Shown here: in pieces, positions 7,818 through 20,156 of the stretch
Layout of the letters: the number at the start of each line of letters is the position of its first letter
How positions within the stretch are numbered: position 1 is the stretch's first letter
Origin: an uncultured Candidatus Entotheonella sp.
GTDB taxonomy: Bacteria; Tectomicrobia; Entotheonellia; Entotheonellales; Entotheonellaceae
Direction of reading: 5' to 3'
NCBI GenBank assembly: GCA_965217185.1
Contig: OZ244252.1
Location: 736,001-800,000 of the forward strand
Length of the DNA stretch: 64,000 nt
Made by a program: the position numbers and the translations under genes
The notes under the pieces: generated by a model
The model's input: the letters and a program-made list of their open reading frames with translations, nothing else
Database searches by the model: none
Told to the model about the DNA's origin: nothing

Positions 7818-10800
7818 ATGCCAGCCATGAAGCATACGAGCGAAGCCGTCATCGAAGCCCACCTGCTGGAGAACGGGTACGTCTCGATAGCGGGGGACGG
7901 CTTCGACCGCGAGCGCGCCATTTTCCCCGATACGATTATCGCCTTCATCCGCGAAACGCAACCGCAGGCGTGGGGGAAGCTCGAAGCGCTGCACGGCAAC
8001 AGGACTGGCGAGCAGATTCTGACTGATCTTTGCAAGTGGCTAGACGCCAACGGCGCGCTCGCCACCTTGCGCCACGGCTTCAAGTGCTACGGGCGAACGC
8101 TGCGCGCCGCGTACTTCAAGGCGGCGCACGAGTTGAATCCCGAGCTTGAATCCCGCTACGCGGCCAATCGTCTGGGGCTGACCCGCCAACTCCACTTTTC
8201 GCCACGCTCCGCCCAGAAGTCGCTGGACGTCACGCTGAGTCTGAACGGCATTCCCGTCGTGACGCTGGAACTGAAGAACCCGCTCACCGGCCAGCGGGTG
8301 GAGGATGCGGTGCGCCAGCATCAGCAGGACCGCGACCCGCGCGAGCCGATCTTCCTGTTCAAGCGCCGCACGCTGGTGCATTTTGCGGTGGATACCGAAT
8401 CGGTACGCATGACCACGCGCTTGGCCGGCCGGGCGACGCACTTTCTGTCCTTCGACAAGGGTTGCAATGGAGCCGCCGGGAATCCGCCCGATCCGGCGGG
8501 CCGTACCTACCGCACCGCATACCTGTGGGAAGAGGTGCTGCAGCGCGACAGCTTGCTCGGCATCCTCGCCCGCTTCATTCACTTGCAGATTGAAGAGAAG
8601 CGCGACGACCACGGCCGCAAGGTCAGGGCCGAGTCGATGATCTTCCCCCGCTACCATCAGCTTGAGGCGGTGCGCACCCTGGTGGACGCCGCGCGCCGCG
8701 AGGGCGTGGGCAACAATTACCTCATCGAGCATTCGGCGGGGAGCGGCAAGAGCAACACAATCGGTTGGCTGGCGCATCGTCTCGTGTCCCTGCACGACGT
8801 TGACAACGAGCGCGTCTTCGATAGCGTGATCGTCGTGACGGATCGTGTCGTGTTGGACCAGCAGATCCAGGACACGATCTACCAGTTTGAACACAAGCGC
8901 GGTGTCGTACAGCGGATCGACGAAAACTCGCGACAACTCGCCGAAGCACTTGAGAATGCGGTGCCGGTGATCATTACCACCCTGCAAAAATTCCCGTTTG
9001 TCTCGCGTCAGTTGCTCAAGATGGCCGAGGAGCGCGGGACCATCGGAACGGGAACGCTGGCCACCCGGCGCTGCGCCGTGATCGTCGACGAAGCCCACAG
9101 TTCCCAAGGGGGCGAGACGGCGACCGACCTGAAGGAAGTGCTCGGTGGCGAGGCGTTGCGCGAAGCGGCCAGGAAGCGGGCGGCGGAAGAAGGTCAGGAG
9201 GGCATGGAGGAGTTGTTTCGCAGCATGGCCAAGCGTGGCAAACAGGCGAACCTGAGCTTCTTCGCCTTCACCGCCACGCCCAAGCACAAAACGCTAGCCG
9301 TGTTTGGCCGCGACGGGCGGCCCGTGCACCGCTACACCATGCGCCAAGCGATCGAGGAAGGGTTCATCCTCGATGTGCTGGAGTACTACACGACCTACAG
9401 GACGTATTTCAGCCTGCTCAAGGCGTGCGACGACGACCCCAACGTCGAGCGCAAGAAGGCGGCACAAGCGCTGGCGCGGTTCATGAGGCTGCACCCGCAC
9501 AACGTTGCGCAGAAAACCGAGGTGATGGTCGAGCATTTCCAGGCGGTCACCCGGCACAAGATCGGCGGCCGGGCCAAGGCAATGGTGGTGACGGGGTCGC
9601 GCCTCGAAGCGGTGCGTTACAAGCAGAGCTTCGATCACTACATTCAGAAAAAGGGGTACGCCATCAAGTCGCTGGTGGCCTTTTCGGGCACGGTGGAAGA
9701 CGACAAGCTCGTCGGCGTTACCTATACCGAGCCGGGCATGAACCACGGCATCTCCGAGAAGGCGTTGCCGGAAACGTTCGCCACGCAGGAATATCAGGTG
9801 CTGCTGGTCGCAGAGAAGTATCAGACCGGGTTTGATCAGCCGCTCTTGCATACAATGTACGTGGACAAACGGCTGGCGGGTATTCAGGCGGTGCAGACGC
9901 TGTCACGGCTGAACCGGGTTCATCCACGCAAAGAAGACACCTTCGTACTCGACTTCGTCAACGATCGGGAGGAGATTCAGGAAGCCTTCAAGACCTATTA
10001 CGAAGGCGCCGAGATGGGCGAGGAAGTGGACCCCGCCCGCATGTACGCGATCAAGGGCGAGCTGGATGCTTCAGGCGTTTACCTGGACGAGGAGGTCGAG
10101 CGGTTCTGCGGTGTCTATTTTGCACCGAAGCAACGGCAGAGCGCTGCGGATCACCGCATCATGAATGCCGCCATCGATCCAGCCGTATCGCGTTTCGCCG
10201 CCCGCCGGGACGAAAACGAGGAGGCGGCGGAAGACTGGCGCGGCAAGCTTCAGGCGTTCTTGAACCTGTATGCGTTCCTGAGCCAGGTGATCCCGTACCA
10301 GGATTCGGATCTCGAGCGGCTGTACGTGTTCCTCCGCCACCTCGCGGCGAAGCTGCCGCGCCGCCAGAGCGGGCCGGCGTATCGGTTCGATGACGAGGTA
10401 CGGCTCGAATACTACCGTCTGCAAAAGATCAGCGAGGGGTCCATCGCGCTGCAAGACGGCGAGGCCCGTTTGCTCGACGGGCCAACGGAGGTTGGCAGCG
10501 GCATGGCGCGCCTACAGCCGGTGCCGCTCTCGCAACTCATCGACGCTTTGAACGAGCGATTCGGCACCGATTTCAACCAGGCGGATCAGCTTTTCTTCGA
10601 CCAGATCGTCGAGGCGGCGATGACCGACGACGGGGTGCGGCAGGCGGCGGCGGTCAACCCGGGCGACAAGTTTGAGTTGGTGTTCAAGGGGTTACTCGAG
10701 AATCTGTTCGTCGAGCGCATGGACCAGAATGAGGGCATTTTCATGCGTTTCATGAACGATGAGTCCTTTCAAAACACCGTGACGGAATGGATGTCATCGG

Positions 10801-11366
10801 AAGCGTACCGACGCCTGAAGAGCGACGACGCTAGCCGGGAGTCGGAGCAGGCGGAACCCGGCGCGCTGCCGCCGCGCCTGCGGATCGTCGAGCCCCAGCC
10901 GGAGGAGCGCTACGTGACCTGTGTGCCTCTTGTGCCTCTCAAAGCCGCCGCGGGCGCATTCAGCGACCCCCAGCATGTTGACGACGATGACTTTGTGTGG
11001 GTAGCGGTCGAGACCGCGCGCCGCCTGCGCCGCGGCATGTTCGTTGCCCAGGTGGTCGGCAAGTCCATGGAGCCACGCATTCCTGATGGCGCATATTGCC
11101 TCTTTGGCGCGCCTGTAGAGGGCACGCGCCAAGGGAAGACGGTGCTCGTGCAGATGCGCGACGCCACCGACCCGGAAAGCGGCCAGCGGTACACCGTCAA
11201 GCGTTACCAGAGCGAGAAGGCGAGCGACGGGGACTCTTGGCACCATACGAAGATTACACTCAGACCGCTCAACAGAGACTTCGTGCCAATCGTTTTCACC
11301 GTCGCGGAGGAAGGACAACTGCAGGTCGTCGCTGAGGTCGTCGAAGTTCTGGGCGGAGAAACGTGA
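7818..11366 (+). CDS. hsdR: Type I restriction endonuclease subunit R with a C-terminal S24 peptidase-like domain
   Basis: Nuclease motif D...[13 protein letters not shown] Walker [26 protein letters not shown]-terminal LKAAAG...GKSMEP...TVKRY. Start at ATG 7818 or 7827. Confidence 0.93.
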   Translation: MPAMKHTSEAVIEAHLLENGYVSIAGDGFDRERAIFPDTIIAFIRETQPQAWGKLEALHGNRTGEQILTDLCKWLDANGALATLRHGFKCYGRTLRAAYFKAAHELNPELESRYAANRLGLTRQLHFSPRSAQKSLDVTLSLNGIPVVTLELKNPLTGQRVEDAVRQHQQDRDPREPIFLFKRRTLVHFAVDTESVRMTTRLAGRATHFLSFDKGCNGAAGNPPDPAGRTYRTAYLWEEVLQRDSLLGILARFIHLQIEEKRDDHGRKVRAESMIFPRYHQLEAVRTLVDAARREGVGNNYLIEHSAGSGKSNTIGWLAHRLVSLHDVDNERVFDSVIVVTDRVVLDQQIQDTIYQFEHKRGVVQRIDENSRQLAEALENAVPVIITTLQKFPFVSRQLLKMAEERGTIGTGTLATRRCAVIVDEAHSSQGGETATDLKEVLGGEALREAARKRAAEEGQEGMEELFRSMAKRGKQANLSFFAFTATPKHKTLAVFGRDGRPVHRYTMRQAIEEGFILDVLEYYTTYRTYFSLLKACDDDPNVERKKAAQALARFMRLHPHNVAQKTEVMVEHFQAVTRHKIGGRAKAMVVTGSRLEAVRYKQSFDHYIQKKGYAIKSLVAFSGTVEDDKLVGVTYTEPGMNHGISEKALPETFATQEYQVLLVAEKYQTGFDQPLLHTMYVDKRLAGIQAVQTLSRLNRVHPRKEDTFVLDFVNDREEIQEAFKTYYEGAEMGEEVDPARMYAIKGELDASGVYLDEEVERFCGVYFAPKQRQSAADHRIMNAAIDPAVSRFAARRDENEEAAEDWRGKLQAFLNLYAFLSQVIPYQDSDLERLYVFLRHLAAKLPRRQSGPAYRFDDEVRLEYYRLQKISEGSIALQDGEARLLDGPTEVGSGMARLQPVPLSQLIDALNERFGTDFNQADQLFFDQIVEAAMTDDGVRQAAAVNPGDKFELVFKGLLENLFVERMDQNEGIFMRFMNDESFQNTVTEWMSSEAYRRLKSDDASRESEQAEPGALPPRLRIVEPQPEERYVTCVPLVPLKAAAGAFSDPQHVDDDDFVWVAVETARRLRRGMFVAQVVGKSMEPRIPDGAYCLFGAPVEGTRQGKTVLVQMRDATDPESGQRYTVKRYQSEKASDGDSWHHTKITLRPLNRDFVPIVFTVAEEGQLQVVAEVVEVLGGET

Positions 11367-11440
11367 GGCCGGTCAGGCGTTCGCTTTCGAGGTTTCTACG
11401 TCCATCGTGACCTCGGCAGATACCCATGGAGTGAGCATAA

Positions 11441-13414
11441 ATGGTTACACATATTGGCGTTGATACCGGTGGAACGTTCAGCGATTTCATCCGCATCGAG
11501 GACGGCGCACCGGTAATTCATAAAGTCCTGTCGACACCGGACAACCCGGCACAGGCGGTGCTGGAGGGGCTGGGGCACCTTTGCCCCGATCTCGTCGGGG
11601 CGGAGGTGGTGCACGGCTCGACCGTGGCGACCAATACGTTGTTGGAGCGCAAGGGCGCCCGCACGGCGTTGGTGGCGACGCGGGGATTCGAGGACGTGTT
11701 GGAGATTGGGCGTCAGACGCGCCCGCACCTGTATGACCCGTTCGTGGAAAAGCTGCCGCCGCTGGTGCCAGCGCGCATGCGGTTCGGCATTGCTGAACGC
11801 TTGGCCTACGACGGCGAGGTGTTGGAACCCCTGGCGCCGTTGGAAATCGAGCGAATTGTGGAGCGCGTGCGGCGTTCCGGGGCGCAATCGCTGGCCGTCT
11901 GCCTGTTGCACGCCTATGCCAACCCGGTGCACGAGGCGGCCGTCGCGCAGGCGGCGCAGCGGCTCGGCATCCCCGTGTCGGTGTCGCATCAGGTGCTGCC
12001 GGAGTTTCGCGAATACGAGCGCTGCAGTACTACGGTGGTGAATGCCTATCTGCGCCCGGTGATGCAGCGTTACCTGCAGAGCCTGTCCGAGGCGCTGGAG
12101 GGCGCCAAGCTGCGGGTGATGCGCTCCAACGGCGGGGTGATGTCGGCGGCGCGGGCACACCAGGAGGCCGTGCACACTGTGCTGTCCGGCCCGGCGGGTG
12201 GCGTCGTGGGGGCGTTCCGCAGCGCCCGCGAAGTCGGCTATTCCCGTGTCATCACGTTCGACATGGGCGGCACCTCCACGGACGTGTCGCTGTGCGAGGA
12301 ACAGCCGCGCACGACTACCGAGACGATTGTGGCGGGCTGTCCGGTCAAGGTGCCGGTGCTGGACATCCACACGGTAGGGGCGGGCGGCGGCTCGCTGGCG
12401 ACCGTTGATCCGGGCGGCGCGCTACAGGTTGGCCCGCAGAGCGCGGGCGCTGATCCGGGTCCGGTGTGCTACGGCAAGGGCATGGGGCTGACCGTTACCG
12501 ACGCCAACCTGTATCTGGGGCGCCTGCACCCGGAGGGATTCCTGGGCGGCAACATGCGGCTGGACGTGCCGCGCACCCGGGCGGCGGTGGCGGACTTCGC
12601 GGGGCGCACCGGCCTGAGCCCGGAGGTGCTGTGCCAAGGCATCCTGGAGGTGGTGAACGCCAATATGGAAGGCGCCATCCGCGTTATTTCGGTGGAGCGC
12701 GGCCATGACCCGCGCGAATTTGCCCTGGTGTCGTTCGGCGGCGCCGGCGGCATGCACGCGGCCGATCTGGCACGGCGGTTGGCCATCCCCACGGTGCTGG
12801 TGCCGGCGCATCCCGGCATTCTGTCGGCCTACGGCATGCTGGTGTCCGACTACGTGCAGGAATACGCTCAGACCTTGTTGGTCCCGATGGCGGAACTGAC
12901 GAGCGAGCGGGCGGAGGCGGCGTTCCGGGAGTTGGAGGCGCGCGGTAGGGAGACGATGCGGGAGGAGGGGGTGGCGCCGCAGGCCATCGAGATCAGCCGT
13001 TTCGTTGACATGTGCTACGTGGGCCAGTCGTTCGAGTTGGTGGTGCCGTGGAGCGACCATTGTAGCGAGGAGTTTCACCGCCGGCACGAAAGCCGCTACG
13101 GCTATGCCGACAGCACGCGGGCGACGCAGATCGTCAACGTGCGCATCCGGGTGGTGGGGCCGGCCGGGGTGGCGCATCGCCCACTGCGGGTGTCGGACGG
13201 CAACGGCGGTGGTGACGCGCACGTCGACACGGTGCCCATGTGGGGCGAGAGGGGCTGGCTGCAAACGCCGGTTTACGACCGCCAACGCCTGCAGTCCGGT
13301 CAGCACTTGCCCGGCCCGGCGCTGATTACCGAATACAGCGCGACCACTGTGGTGCCGGATGATTTCACGGCGCGTATCGACGATTACTACAACTTGGTGC
13401 TGCAGCGGCGCTGA
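11441..13414 (+). CDS. Hydantoinase/oxoprolinase subunit A
   Basis: GVDTGGTFSD, HGSTVATN, LSGPAGG, DMGGTSTD, SAGADPGPVCY. Confidence 0.92.
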   Translation: MVTHIGVDTGGTFSDFIRIEDGAPVIHKVLSTPDNPAQAVLEGLGHLCPDLVGAEVVHGSTVATNTLLERKGARTALVATRGFEDVLEIGRQTRPHLYDPFVEKLPPLVPARMRFGIAERLAYDGEVLEPLAPLEIERIVERVRRSGAQSLAVCLLHAYANPVHEAAVAQAAQRLGIPVSVSHQVLPEFREYERCSTTVVNAYLRPVMQRYLQSLSEALEGAKLRVMRSNGGVMSAARAHQEAVHTVLSGPAGGVVGAFRSAREVGYSRVITFDMGGTSTDVSLCEEQPRTTTETIVAGCPVKVPVLDIHTVGAGGGSLATVDPGGALQVGPQSAGADPGPVCYGKGMGLTVTDANLYLGRLHPEGFLGGNMRLDVPRTRAAVADFAGRTGLSPEVLCQGILEVVNANMEGAIRVISVERGHDPREFALVSFGGAGGMHAADLARRLAIPTVLVPAHPGILSAYGMLVSDYVQEYAQTLLVPMAELTSERAEAAFRELEARGRETMREEGVAPQAIEISRFVDMCYVGQSFELVVPWSDHCSEEFHRRHESRYGYADSTRATQIVNVRIRVVGPAGVAHRPLRVSDGNGGGDAHVDTVPMWGERGWLQTPVYDRQRLQSGQHLPGPALITEYSATTVVPDDFTARIDDYYNLVLQRR

Positions 13415-13439
13415 CGCAGCCCGTCCTACGGAGGCACGA

Positions 13440-14989
<1,550 letters not shown>

Positions 14990-15014
<25 letters not shown>

Positions 15015-15943
15015 ATCGGCAACGGCATGAAGCACAAGATGAAGATGACAAGGGCGAGGCAGGCGACGGCCCGGCTGTGGAGGTCGAGCGTTGTGTAGGG
15101 GTCTATAACTGTCGGGTGGCGGCGGCTGACGAATAAGCCGATCAAGGCCCAGATCCACCAGCCTTCCCACATCAAAAAGCCCATGGCCACGAGCGCGGTA
15201 ACGAGCGCCCAGGTGACGTAACGGGCGCGCCTGCCCACCAGGGCGTAGACAATGTGTCCACCGTCGAGCTGGCCCATGGGGAGCAGGTTGAACATCGTCA
15301 CCAGGATGCCGAACCAGGCGGCCACGCCGACACTGTTGAGGCTCAGCGTGGTCTCCGGCGGCAGCGAGCCGACCACGGCTTGGCTGATCATCTGCAGCAA
15401 CAGTGGTTCTCCCAGCCTGAACCCAAATCCCACCTGCGAATTCATCACCACTTCGGAAGTCGCATAGCCGTAGAGCATGGCGGGCAGCGCCACGCAAAAA
15501 CCGGCGATGGGTCCGGCGGCGGCGACGTAGAGCAAGGCGCGCCGGTTGAGCGGCGGCGATTTCATGCGGATGAAGGCGCCGAAGGTGCCCACTGGCGGAA
15601 TCGGCGAGGGGATGAAGTACGGCAAGGTCACGTCCATGCCGTAGTAGCGGGCCGTCAGGTAATGCCCCATTTCATGGCACAGGAGGATAGCCATGAGCGT
15701 GGCGGCGTAGGGCAGGCCGCGGTAGAAGAGGTCGGGACGCGCTAGCGGGTTGATGCCCTCCCACACCATGCCTGCCGCGACGGTCGTGACCAGGGTGGCG
15801 AGAAACAGCAGCGAGTGCAGGACGTAGGACCGACGGACGGGTGCCGCTGCGGCCGTGGTGGGGATGGCCGCCCATTCGGGTGCCGGAGCGTTCCAGGTCG
15901 GGCCAAGGGGTCGTGGCCATTGGGGAGAATGAAAGGGGCGCAT
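14990..15943 (-). CDS. Site-2 protease family (M50) membrane metalloprotease
   Basis: HEMGH, AAAGPIAG, NLLPMGQLDGGH and multiple hydrophobic segments. Confidence 0.9.
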
Positions 15944-15975
15944 GCGGGTACCTTCCGCGACGGATCGGCCGGCGC

Positions 15976-16926
15976 TTACGACGTCGGGACGGGGGCGTTA
16001 CGGCCCTCGAAACAGGGCATGATCTCTTGCGCGTAGAAGGCCAGTTGCCGAATGATCTGGTCGGGCGGGCAGGCCGGCCACAGGGCGTACTTGGTCAAAC
16101 CGTGTTCGCAATACCGCTGCAGGATTTCGCGGCATTCATCGGGCGTTCCCACGGCGCTGCGTTCGAGCATCATTTCCGGCGGCCGGCGAAGGTTGCCGGC
16201 AAAAAAGGCGGCGAAGTCCCGCCGGGCCTTGTCGCCATCCAAGTCAACGTGGCAAAAGACAATGCTGCCGGACTCGATGTCCTCGGGCTGCCGTCCGTTT
16301 TCCTGCGCAAAAGCGCCGATCTTTTCGATGCCTTCGGCGAATTCCTGCGGTGTGACGAAGGAGGCGAACCAGCCGTCGCCGACGCGCGCCACGCGTTTGA
16401 GCGCGGCGTCGCTGCGCCCGCCGATCCAGATGTCGATTTTCTGTGGTGGGCGCGGGGTAATGGTCACGTGATCAAACTGGTAATACTTGCCGTGGTGAGT
16501 GACGTCAGTTTCCTGCCATAGACGGCGCAGGATGGCGATGCTTTCGTCGGTCATGCCGCCGCGTGACTTGAGCGGCACCTTGAACGCCTCGGCTTCCTGC
16601 TTGTCGGCACCGAGTCCGGCGGCCATGATCACGCGGCCATTCGACAGGTAGGCCAGCGTCGCCATCTCTCGAGCCACCGCGATGGGGTGGCGGAGGGGCA
16701 TCATCATGACGCTGGGGCCGAATTTAAGGCGCTGGGTGCGAGCCGCAATCGCCGCCATCATGGGAACGATGGCCACCTCTTCGCGGTTTCCCATCATGTG
16801 GTCGCTGAGCCAGACGGAATCGACGCCCCAAGCTTCAGCTTTGTCGATGTACTCGAACAGCGTTGCGGCGTCCGGCATGCCCTGGTGCCACAGGCCCAAG
16901 CCAATGCCCATCTTGATGCTTGCCAT
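15976..16926 (-). CDS. LLM-class flavin-dependent oxidoreductase
   Basis: DSVWLSDH, PLRHPIAVAREMATL, IWIGGRS, GDGW. RBS AGGAGG before ATG 16926. Confidence 0.88.
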   Translation of the reverse strand: MASIKMGIGLGLWHQGMPDAATLFEYIDKAEAWGVDSVWLSDHMMGNREEVAIVPMMAAIAARTQRLKFGPSVMMMPLRHPIAVAREMATLAYLSNGRVIMAAGLGADKQEAEAFKVPLKSRGGMTDESIAILRRLWQETDVTHHGKYYQFDHVTITPRPPQKIDIWIGGRSDAALKRVARVGDGWFASFVTPQEFAEGIEKIGAFAQENGRQPEDIESGSIVFCHVDLDGDKARRDFAAFFAGNLRRPPEMMLERSAVGTPDECREILQRYCEHGLTKYALWPACPPDQIIRQLAFYAQEIMPCFEGRNAPVPTS

Positions 16927-16993
16927 GCAGTCCTCCTGAAAAGGCAGCCATTGTAGCGGGTTGGCCGGGGTGTCGCAAACGGTGCCGGGCTGT

Positions 16994-17722
16994 TCATGCT
17001 GCGGGTCGGGACAGTTCCCGGACGTGCGGCTTGCCGTCGATGAGCTCGCCAACCAGCACCAGATCGGCGAGGCCCACGAACAGGCCGTTTTCGACAACGC
17101 CGGGGATGTTGTTCAAAGTCCGTTCGAGGTGCGCGGGGTCGTCGATGGCATTGAAGGTGACGTCCAGCAGCATGTTGCCCTGGTCGGTGATCAGGGGGCC
17201 GATTTTCTTCGCGCCCATGCGCAGTTGCGGACGCCCACCCAAGCGCTCGATGGCGCGTGTTACGGGTACGACGGCCATCGGCAGCAGCTCGATTGGCACA
17301 GCGAACGTCGAGCCGAGACGCTGCACCAGTTTCTTGCCATCGACGATGACGATAAACAGATCGGCGTGGGCGTCGATGATTTTCTCCTGGGTGTGGGCTG
17401 CGCCACCGCCTTTGATCAATGCCAAGTTCGGGTCTACCTCGTCGGCGCCGTCGATGGCGACGTGGATGCAGGGCGCATCGTCCATGGTGGTGAGGGGAAT
17501 GCCGTGGCGTCTTGCCAGGTTGGCGGCGTCGAAGGACGTGGGAACGCCTCGAACGTCCGTGAGGTCGCCCGTCCGCAGACGCTGGCCGAGGTGCTCGATG
17601 GCGAATGCCGCGGTGGAGCCGGTGCCGAGTCCGACCACACTGCCGGACGCCACGAGGGCAGCGGCGGCCTGTCCGACGGCACTTTTCAGCAGTTGTTGCG
17701 TGTCGGGGTTGCTGTCGTTCAT
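16994..17722 (-). CDS. rpiA: Ribose-5-phosphate isomerase A
   Basis: [32 protein letters not shown]. Confidence 0.96.
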   Translation of the reverse strand: MNDSNPDTQQLLKSAVGQAAAALVASGSVVGLGTGSTAAFAIEHLGQRLRTGDLTDVRGVPTSFDAANLARRHGIPLTTMDDAPCIHVAIDGADEVDPNLALIKGGGAAHTQEKIIDAHADLFIVIVDGKKLVQRLGSTFAVPIELLPMAVVPVTRAIERLGGRPQLRMGAKKIGPLITDQGNMLLDVTFNAIDDPAHLERTLNNIPGVVENGLFVGLADLVLVGELIDGKPHVRELSRPAA

Positions 17723-17813
17723 GGCTGTTTCCTTTGCATCATGGCGGTTTGCCTCCGGCGTTCCGGCGCTCCTAGAATATCCTAATCCGCTACCTGTACC
17801 TGGAGACTAAAAC

Positions 17814-18953
17814 ATGCACCCCTCTGAAGATCCGCAACGTTCCTGCTACGAGTCCGTCAGGCGCTGGCGCCTGTGGGCCTTGGGGCTTCTTCTCCTGGCG
17901 CTCGTCTGGCTATTCGTGAGCCGTTTCGGCTTCAACGTGTACGACCCCGACGCGGTGCCGCGGGCCATCACGCCGCGGGGCGAGTTGGCGCAGGACGAGC
18001 AGACGACGATCGATCTGTTCCGCAACGCCTCGCCGTCCGTCGTTTACATCACGACGGTGGCTCTGCGGACGGACCGTTACAGCCTCAACATGTTCGAAAT
18101 TCCGCAGGGTACCGGATCGGGGTTCGTGTGGGACGACGAGGGGCACATCATCACGAATTTTCACGTCATTCAAGGCGCCAGCGCCGCCCGGGTAACCCTG
18201 GCAGATCACACCACGTGGGAGGCGCGGCTGGCTGGTGCGGCGCCTGACCAGGACCTCGCCATGCTGTACATCAACGCGCCGAGCCATCGCCTGCGGCCGA
18301 TTGCGATCGGCACCTCCACCGGCCTGCAGGTCGGACAAAAAGTATTCGCCATCGGTAACCCGTTTGGGCTGGATCAAACGCTGACGACGGGCATCATCAG
18401 CGCCTTGGGACGAGAGATTACCTCGGTTACGGGAAGGACGATCACGGGCGTCATTCAGACGGACGCAGCGATCAATCCGGGCAATTCGGGCGGCCCGTTG
18501 CTGGATAGCGCCAGCCGGCTGATCGGCGTCAACACGGCGATTTACAGCCCGTCAGGCTCCAGCGCCGGCATCGGTTTTGCGGTGCCGGTGGATACCGTCA
18601 ATCGGGTTGTACCGCAGTTGTTGCGTCACGGCAGGGTCGTGCGTCCGGGCATCGGTGCGCGCTTTACCGACGACGACACAGCGCGGCGGCTGGGCCTGTC
18701 CGGCGTTCTGGTTCTCGACGTGATCGAGTCCGGCGCCGCGGAGGCCGCCGGACTGCGGGGCACGGGACGCGACGCGCAGGGCAGATTGGTCCTGGGCGAC
18801 GTCATTGTGAGCGTGGAGACGCACCAAGTGGCATCCCTGAACGATTTCCACGACGCTTTGGCGGCCTTCGAGGTGGGCGCTACCGTGCAGGTGACCTTCA
18901 TCCGCAACGCCCAGCGCCGTAGCATGCCGGTAACCCTCCAGGCGTTGCCGTGA
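17814..18953 (+). CDS. HtrA/DegP-like trypsin serine protease with a PDZ domain
   Basis: GTGSGF, ITNFHVI, DLAML, IQTDAAINPGNSGGPL and an N-terminal TM segment. Confidence 0.92.
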   Translation: MHPSEDPQRSCYESVRRWRLWALGLLLLALVWLFVSRFGFNVYDPDAVPRAITPRGELAQDEQTTIDLFRNASPSVVYITTVALRTDRYSLNMFEIPQGTGSGFVWDDEGHIITNFHVIQGASAARVTLADHTTWEARLAGAAPDQDLAMLYINAPSHRLRPIAIGTSTGLQVGQKVFAIGNPFGLDQTLTTGIISALGREITSVTGRTITGVIQTDAAINPGNSGGPLLDSASRLIGVNTAIYSPSGSSAGIGFAVPVDTVNRVVPQLLRHGRVVRPGIGARFTDDDTARRLGLSGVLVLDVIESGAAEAAGLRGTGRDAQGRLVLGDVIVSVETHQVASLNDFHDALAAFEVGATVQVTFIRNAQRRSMPVTLQALP

Positions 18954-19068
18954 AGAATAGGAGATTCGGCTTGCCGCGCGTACGTCGGCGTCGGACGGAA
19001 TCGTGGTTTCGTTTGCGCTGCGCTGATCCGTAAGAGGAGATAGGCTCTTCAGTAGCCTGGGTGAGAGA

Positions 19069-19830
19069 TTAAATACCCGTAGGCGTTTGGGCGGATAGCT
19101 TGATATCGAAAGCGGCAGGTTTATCTTCCCCGAACCGAATAACTGATTTTTCCCGGAATGATACCGGAATGTCCAACTGCCGCCAGCCTGTTGATTCTTC
19201 TTGGACTGCTTCAATCCGTGTCAGGACTTCTTCATCAACGTCATTCCTGATGTGGAAGAAGACATTGTTTGGTCGACTCTCACATTCAATAAACCCATAC
19301 CCCTTTTCTTTATTAAAGTTGATGATCTTCCCCTGCAATGACTCTTCGCTGAGCGCCACGGCTCGCGGAGATTTGATGGTTTTTTCCATGTCTTGCAAGC
19401 GTCGGATATTCTCTTCGAGATCGAAGAACTCGAAAGAGAAGTTGCGGGTCAGCCGTATACCAACAACGCGACGATACTTGTAAGCACGATTGAATACCAG
19501 CGTCAAGAGTGCGGCATAGACCAGCGTGGCAGCGCCCTGTTCAATATCAGCCGTAGGGTCGGCCTCCAAATACACCGCTTTAGGAACGATGATGTTTTTC
19601 TTTTGAACGTAAGCGAAGTCACGCTGCTTTGTCACATCGTCTTTATTGGCCGTGATTTGCATGCCGATATGCTCCGGTAGCCGTGCCACATCTCGAAAGC
19701 CGTTCACGATGAAGTCGAGCTTGTACTGGTGATCGTACGTTTGATCGTAGTAGATACGGCATCCCAACGCTTCAAGTTTGGTGCGTAGACGTTCCTCAAA
19801 GTTGATCCCGTGAATGAAAGGACGATTCAT
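19069..19830 (-). CDS. Hypothetical protein: nuclease-like N-terminus plus C-terminal cold-shock domain
   Basis: GKIINFNKEKGYGFI (RNP1) and VFFH (RNP2). RBS AAGGAG. N-terminal E...D...QIT pattern. Confidence 0.7.
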   Translation of the reverse strand: MNRPFIHGINFEERLRTKLEALGCRIYYDQTYDHQYKLDFIVNGFRDVARLPEHIGMQITANKDDVTKQRDFAYVQKKNIIVPKAVYLEADPTADIEQGAATLVYAALLTLVFNRAYKYRRVVGIRLTRNFSFEFFDLEENIRRLQDMEKTIKSPRAVALSEESLQGKIINFNKEKGYGFIECESRPNNVFFHIRNDVDEEVLTRIEAVQEESTGWRQLDIPVSFREKSVIRFGEDKPAAFDIKLSAQTPTGI

Positions 19831-20056
19831 TGAGATATCTCCTTCGTGTTACACACCAAAGAGGACAATATCTCGCGCCTGGGACCAGGGTCGGGCAAAC
19901 GGAATTTTGCGATTGTCACAGAGCGGAGGTTAGCTCAGGACGGCTAGAATAGCAGAGCGCTTTTGGGGGCGCAAATGTCGCGCGAGCGCGCGGGAAGGGG
20001 GGCGTTCTCGGTCGTTCCCGGGTCCGTAGGAGTGTTAGGAACTCCGTTGCGGCAAA

Positions 20057-20085
20057 TTGACAGGGCCATGTGGGTTCTCTACATT
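20057..20085 (+). promoter_or_regulatory. sigma70-type promoter
   Basis: TTGACA, 17-nt spacer, TACATT, upstream of the FGE-domain gene. Confidence 0.55.
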
Positions 20086-20156
20086 GGTTGTTCTGGCGTT
20101 TCCTCAGAACAGAGGGAAATCAGAGGCTTTTGTCTTTCTCGAAGTGGGGGAGTGGT

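Noticed and set aside
5599..7820. Retron (type I-A) suggested by the PtuAB-like genes
   Set aside because: No reverse transcriptase ORF is present, and there is no intergenic room for an msr-msd ncRNA because the genes overlap or abut.
1807..11440. Integrative element carrying the R-M locus
   Set aside because: No integrase, transposase, tRNA target or flanking direct repeats were recognised at either border.
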